Positions 30,149 through 33,342 of a DNA stretch of 33,342 bases are shown here, one piece after another. The first letter of the stretch is position 1, and each line of letters starts with the position of its first letter. The stretch is from Myxococcota bacterium (GTDB lineage Bacteria; Myxococcota; SpSt-1050): NCBI GenBank assembly GCA_049969675.1, contig JBMFOP010000025.1, forward strand, positions 1 through 33,342, in the 5' to 3' direction. A program made the position numbers and the translations under genes. The notes under the pieces are model-generated. The model was given only the letters and a program-made list of their open reading frames with translations, ran no database searches and was not told where the DNA came from.

Positions 30149-30172
30149 AAAAAAGCCCGGAAATATCCGGGC
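30149..30172 (-). terminator. Intrinsic terminator of pilA
   Basis: GCCCGGA-TATT-TCCGGGC followed by T6 on the minus strand. Confidence 0.85.
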
Positions 30173-30196
30173 CTTCAAAAGAAAGGGTCTAACCTC

Positions 30197-30763
30197 TCAA
30201 TCCTTATCTACATCGTTGCACTGCTCTATGTCAGCAGGAAGTGATCCAGGGGCACCATTTGTACCAAGGGTGATTTGGGCATTGATGAGCTGGTTTGCCT
30301 GGTCTATATTCCACATATCCTCTTTGGGCTCACCATCCACATTACCGATAGCAGCATATACAAAGTTGAACTGGGTTGGAGGCTGAGCAGTATAGGAACA
30401 ACCTCCAGCGAGGTTGGTGCCTGTGCAGAGTGCACCGATTGCTGGTTCGCAGGCAATTGAATCACTTGAAATACCAGAGTTATATCTATATCTATTATTT
30501 TTCTCCGGTGCAAATCCGATTGGTACCTTACCTGAGCCTGTAACCACGAAGGTCAAATTAGCATAGGAGTTGGTCTCTGCAAATTTGGACTTGGCTGCTG
30601 TAAATGCCGCCTTGAGATTTGTCCTTGCCTCTGACTGCTTGGACCTCGCCTGGAACTTGATAAAGTTTGGGATGGCGATTGCCGCCAGAATTCCGATGAT
30701 TGCCACCACAATCATCAGCTCAATCAGGGTGAAACCCTTCTTTGTTCTGAGTAACCTTAGCAT
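30197..30763 (-). CDS. pilA: Type IVa major pilin
   Basis: Class III signal [39 protein letters not shown], as in Myxococcus PilA; 178-aa mature protein with 4 Cys; AGGAGGT RBS; own terminator. Confidence 0.93.
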   Translation of the reverse strand: MLRLLRTKKGFTLIELMIVVAIIGILAAIAIPNFIKFQARSKQSEARTNLKAAFTAAKSKFAETNSYANLTFVVTGSGKVPIGFAPEKNNRYRYNSGISSDSIACEPAIGALCTGTNLAGGCSYTAQPPTQFNFVYAAIGNVDGEPKEDMWNIDQANQLINAQITLGTNGAPGSLPADIEQCNDVDKD

Positions 30764-30824
30764 GACATACCTCCTTTGCAAAGGTTAATAAAATGGTTTA
30801 TAGCTACTAAACCAGATCTGATTA

Positions 30825-30841
30825 ATCAACTCCTATTCCAG
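30825..30841 (-). promoter_or_regulatory. Candidate sigma54 (-24/-12) promoter of pilA
   Basis: CTGGAATAGGAGTTGAT: GG-N10-GA, with correct spacing but a non-consensus -12. Confidence 0.5.
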
Positions 30842-30911
30842 ATTTAACATATTGAAATCATTGACAAAAATACAGAAAAATGCCAATAATAGTAACTCTT
30901 TCCCTGCCTTA

Positions 30912-30926
30912 TGACAAATTTTGTCA
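30912..30926. promoter_or_regulatory. Palindromic candidate enhancer (PilR-type) site
   Basis: TGACAAA-T-TTTGTCA, a perfect 7-bp inverted repeat about 70-85 bp upstream of the -24 element. Confidence 0.5.
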
Positions 30927-31766
30927 CTTTGGAATAATGATAATCTTCCCATCTTTAATATCATATCTACCCTCAAACGGCTCGGCTGGAATAATCGGAA
31001 CTATATTCTTCTCTACAAGCTCCTCAAGTGTAGCAGGATACTTACCATATATACCTTTATACTCCTCTACCTTTTTTGTCAGATATTTTAGGTCTCTCCT
31101 CTGAAGTGCCATCCTGAACCTTGCAAAGTACTTCTCTTTCAAAATTGGATCCTGCTCCTCTCTGTACATCTTCTCAAGCACAGGTATCATTGTATCGGTA
31201 TCTTCTAAATCAAGCAGTATCTTCTCTGCAAGATTTACCAGCCACTTCATATCCCCTTCCCCGGTTAAGACTGCCACCCATCCGGCAAGATTATAATAAA
31301 CTGAGGCAACTTTTGGATTATGCAGAATATAATATTCAACATATCCAAGGAGGTACGGAATCTTCCAGGAATCAGGGACATTCCTGATCCCCTTAATTAA
31401 GACCTTCTCTGCGAGGTCCCCATTTGTATCCAGAAGTGAGATTGTTACTCCTCCAAATCTGTATGCATACTCAAAGAGTGGTGATATATCTGTTATCAGA
31501 TTGACGAGTGGATAGAGATGTCTCAACCTCTCATCTGTATAATTACTCTTATCTCCAAAGTACTGAATTGCCTTTAGCCAGTAAAAATCTCCAAACAATT
31601 CGTAATATCCCGCGCTCGCTGCCTTTATGAGCTCAATCTTCGGCAATATAAATCCTTCTGATGGTACCTCACTCTTTACACTCTTTAATAAGACCTCTGT
31701 CCTGATCAGTATAACACCGCTCATCAAAATTAATAATAATGCAAGAAGCAAAACTCTCTTCATCAA
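30924..31766 (-). CDS. Pilin-associated TPR-like protein (Myxococcus PilG / Geobacter XapA-like)
   Basis: N-terminal TM; DFYWLKAIQYFG...LITDISPLFEYAYRFGG; WKIPYLLGY; C-terminal GKYPATLEELV...P.EPFEG; adjacent to pilA. Confidence 0.65.
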   Translation of the reverse strand: MMKRVLLLALLLILMSGVILIRTEVLLKSVKSEVPSEGFILPKIELIKAASAGYYELFGDFYWLKAIQYFGDKSNYTDERLRHLYPLVNLITDISPLFEYAYRFGGVTISLLDTNGDLAEKVLIKGIRNVPDSWKIPYLLGYVEYYILHNPKVASVYYNLAGWVAVLTGEGDMKWLVNLAEKILLDLEDTDTMIPVLEKMYREEQDPILKEKYFARFRMALQRRDLKYLTKKVEEYKGIYGKYPATLEELVEKNIVPIIPAEPFEGRYDIKDGKIIIIPK

Positions 31767-31819
31767 GGTCTCAACAACTCCTTAAAAGAATCCAGATATA
31801 GACATATAACAGGTTTTCT

Positions 31820-31847
31820 ATTATACAGATAATTTTTGTTCAGTCAA
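31820..31847 (-). promoter_or_regulatory. Sigma70 promoter for the PilG-like gene
   Basis: TTGACT-16 nt-TATAAT on the minus strand. Confidence 0.6.
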
Positions 31848-31859
31848 TAAGGTGTTCAA

Positions 31860-32081
31860 TCAATTTGTTCTATCAAAAAGTCCACCCTCAACATCTTCAA
31901 TAAAGGTATCAATCGTCCCCAGCATAGCATATAAGGCTATCTTCTTGTTGTTATCATTTTCTATCTCAATCTCATTCAGGACCATATTTCTCTTCCCATT
32001 CAGATAAGATAAGAGTTGCTCTTTTGATATGCCCTGTGAACTATCCGTTGTGTTAGTTTCCATCTTCGCCTTTTTAATCAT
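31860..32081 (-). CDS. Small hypothetical protein (73 aa)
   Basis: GGAGGAG RBS; fills the gap between co-oriented genes. Confidence 0.65.
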   Translation of the reverse strand: MIKKAKMETNTTDSSQGISKEQLLSYLNGKRNMVLNEIEIENDNNKKIALYAMLGTIDTFIEDVEGGLFDRTN

Positions 32082-32130
32082 AATACTCCTCCTTCAAATT
32101 GTTGCCAATCTATCCCCTCGCCTTTATCTT

Positions 32131-32886
32131 TCACCCTTTATTTAAAAAATCTATAAATAAGAGCCTTTTTATATTGGCAATAAGGTCATTTACAGTAATG
32201 GGCTTCTCAAGATACATATCTGCACCAGCGGATAATGCCTTCTCTCTCCCTTCCTCCCCTCCACCTGAAATTACCAGAATAGGTTTATTAACACCAGAAC
32301 TCCTAAGTCTCTTGATTACTTCATCTCCAGAGAATAAAGGTATATAAAAATCCAGAATAAGCAGATCAAATTCCTCCTTAAAGATAATCTCTTCTACATC
32401 TTTAGCATCATCAACCTCTGAAAGTAAAATCATTCTATCTGATGGCAATTCAAACTTTGCAAGCCTCTGAATCCCATATCTATACATCCCGAGTATATGC
32501 GGATTGTCCTCCGCAATAATTATCTTATAGGGTCTATCAATTGGAGGTAGTCCACCCCGTTCCTCTGCGAGCGGGAGCAGGAACTGTTCAAGTCTCTTTC
32601 TTACCTGTGGCTGGATATCAAATCTTATACCATAACCACCTCTTACATTCTTCCTCGGGAGAGGAGACCTCTTCCAGACAATTACGCCCTCAAGTATAAG
32701 TCTCTCCACAAGAGATGGGAAGGAGAGTTCAATATTTATCCTCTCTGAGATTGGAATCTCCAGATTTGTGGATAAAAAACAACCACCGATTGAGATATCT
32801 TCAATATACTCCGAAAAACTCTTATCCTTGTAGGAGATGTCCGCCTTCAATATGAGATTGTATCTTTTACTATCTCTTCTTTCCAT
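32131..32886 (-). CDS. PilZ domain plus receiver domain protein
   Basis: RRDSKR and DISIGG PilZ motifs; receiver AEDN, LILDFYIP, ISG, LEKP. Start placed at ATG 32886. Confidence 0.85.
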   Translation of the reverse strand: MERRDSKRYNLILKADISYKDKSFSEYIEDISIGGCFLSTNLEIPISERINIELSFPSLVERLILEGVIVWKRSPLPRKNVRGGYGIRFDIQPQVRKRLEQFLLPLAEERGGLPPIDRPYKIIIAEDNPHILGMYRYGIQRLAKFELPSDRMILLSEVDDAKDVEEIIFKEEFDLLILDFYIPLFSGDEVIKRLRSSGVNKPILVISGGGEEGREKALSAGADMYLEKPITVNDLIANIKRLLFIDFLNKG

Positions 32887-32984
32887 TCTGATGATATAAT
32901 ACAATTTAATTTGGGTTGAGGCAAGAAAATTCATAAACCAATTTTTATCTTTTTATTTTACCATTTTGATGTAATATAGAGTTT

Positions 32985-33342
32985 ATGGTATTTGACAATA
33001 ACAGCAGAGAGCATCTATTTGATAACCCATCAGAGTTGCAAAAAATCTTTATAAAGAGAAGGTCATTCAGAAAATATATGAAAAAACCTGTTGAAAAAGA
33101 GAAGATTTTGAATATCCAGAAGACCTGTGATATATTTATTGAAAAAAGTGGTTTTTGTCACTCAATAATCCACATAACCGAAGTGGCTGATGAATTTAAT
33201 AGAATTGTAGATTCTGCCACAAAAGGATTCTTGGGGAAGGTAAATCCATGGCTAAAGAAAACAGATGCAGACAGACTCATACTCGCAATGGCTGATATGA
33301 CTGGTATAAATACAGATTCAGAGAGACTTAAGATAATCGCAG
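32985..33342 (+). CDS. Nitroreductase-family protein, 5' part (runs off the window)
   Basis: Not in the ORF track; frame is open from ATG 32985 to the end, with IKRRSFRKYMKKPVEKEKI, the FMN-binding N-terminal motif. Confidence 0.75.
   Translation, partial: MVFDNNSREHLFDNPSELQKIFIKRRSFRKYMKKPVEKEKILNIQKTCDIFIEKSGFCHSIIHITEVADEFNRIVDSATKGFLGKVNPWLKKTDADRLILAMADMTGINTDSERLKIIA

Noticed and set aside
17760..30150. Intact, currently mobile composite transposon
   Set aside because: No transposase, five mismatches between the ends, and the flanks (TCAATGACAA vs ATTTAAAACA) show no target duplication.
30197..30763. PilA as a conductive e-pilin (aromatics at F1, F24, F27, F51, Y57)
   Set aside because: Only 15 of 178 mature residues are aromatic (8.4%), with aromatic-free gaps of 29 and 37 residues; it looks like an ordinary long Myxococcus-type pilin.
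111..32347. Antisense/shadow ORFs in the track (e.g. 1362-1793, 10818-11339, 16861-17571, 18502-18843, 28464-28787)
   Set aside because: They overlap well-supported genes, lack RBSs and show no recognisable motifs.
33022..33045. TAACCCATCAGAGTTGCA, resembling the reverse complement of the motif at 97-113
   Set aside because: Lies in frame inside the nitroreductase coding sequence, and the match is gapped.
1..33342. CRISPR array, tRNA or rRNA
   Set aside because: No regularly spaced direct repeats or tRNA/rRNA signatures were seen in any intergenic region.

Overview
AT-rich bacterial chromosomal window with a Myxococcota/deltaproteobacterial-type gene set. Left to right: a SWIM-SNF2 helicase bordered by possible IS debris; a tightly coupled minus-strand run hslV-hslU-dnaK paralog-purL-purQ; an RRM RNA-binding protein; a coupled gmd-fcl-nucleotidyltransferase-SxtJ-like-carbamoyltransferase operon; a five-gene plus-strand signalling operon (membrane Ser/Thr kinase with PEGA-like domains, TPR membrane protein, FHA-like/GAF/sigma54 activator, two exported proteins); DUF1646, beta-barrel and OFA-type MFS genes; a truncated MFS/spermidine-synthase-like gene; a Myxococcus-type pilA with a PilG/XapA-like gene; a PilZ-receiver protein; and a partial nitroreductase. 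The main non-coding signal is a 64-bp repeat (59/64 identical, IS4-end-like) at 17773-17836 and 30076-30139. The copies are inverted and bracket a 12.4-kb block that separates pilA from the co-oriented gmd-carbamoyltransferase operon. No rRNA, tRNA, CRISPR array or intact transposase was seen. Family calls are from motif recognition by eye, not database searches.
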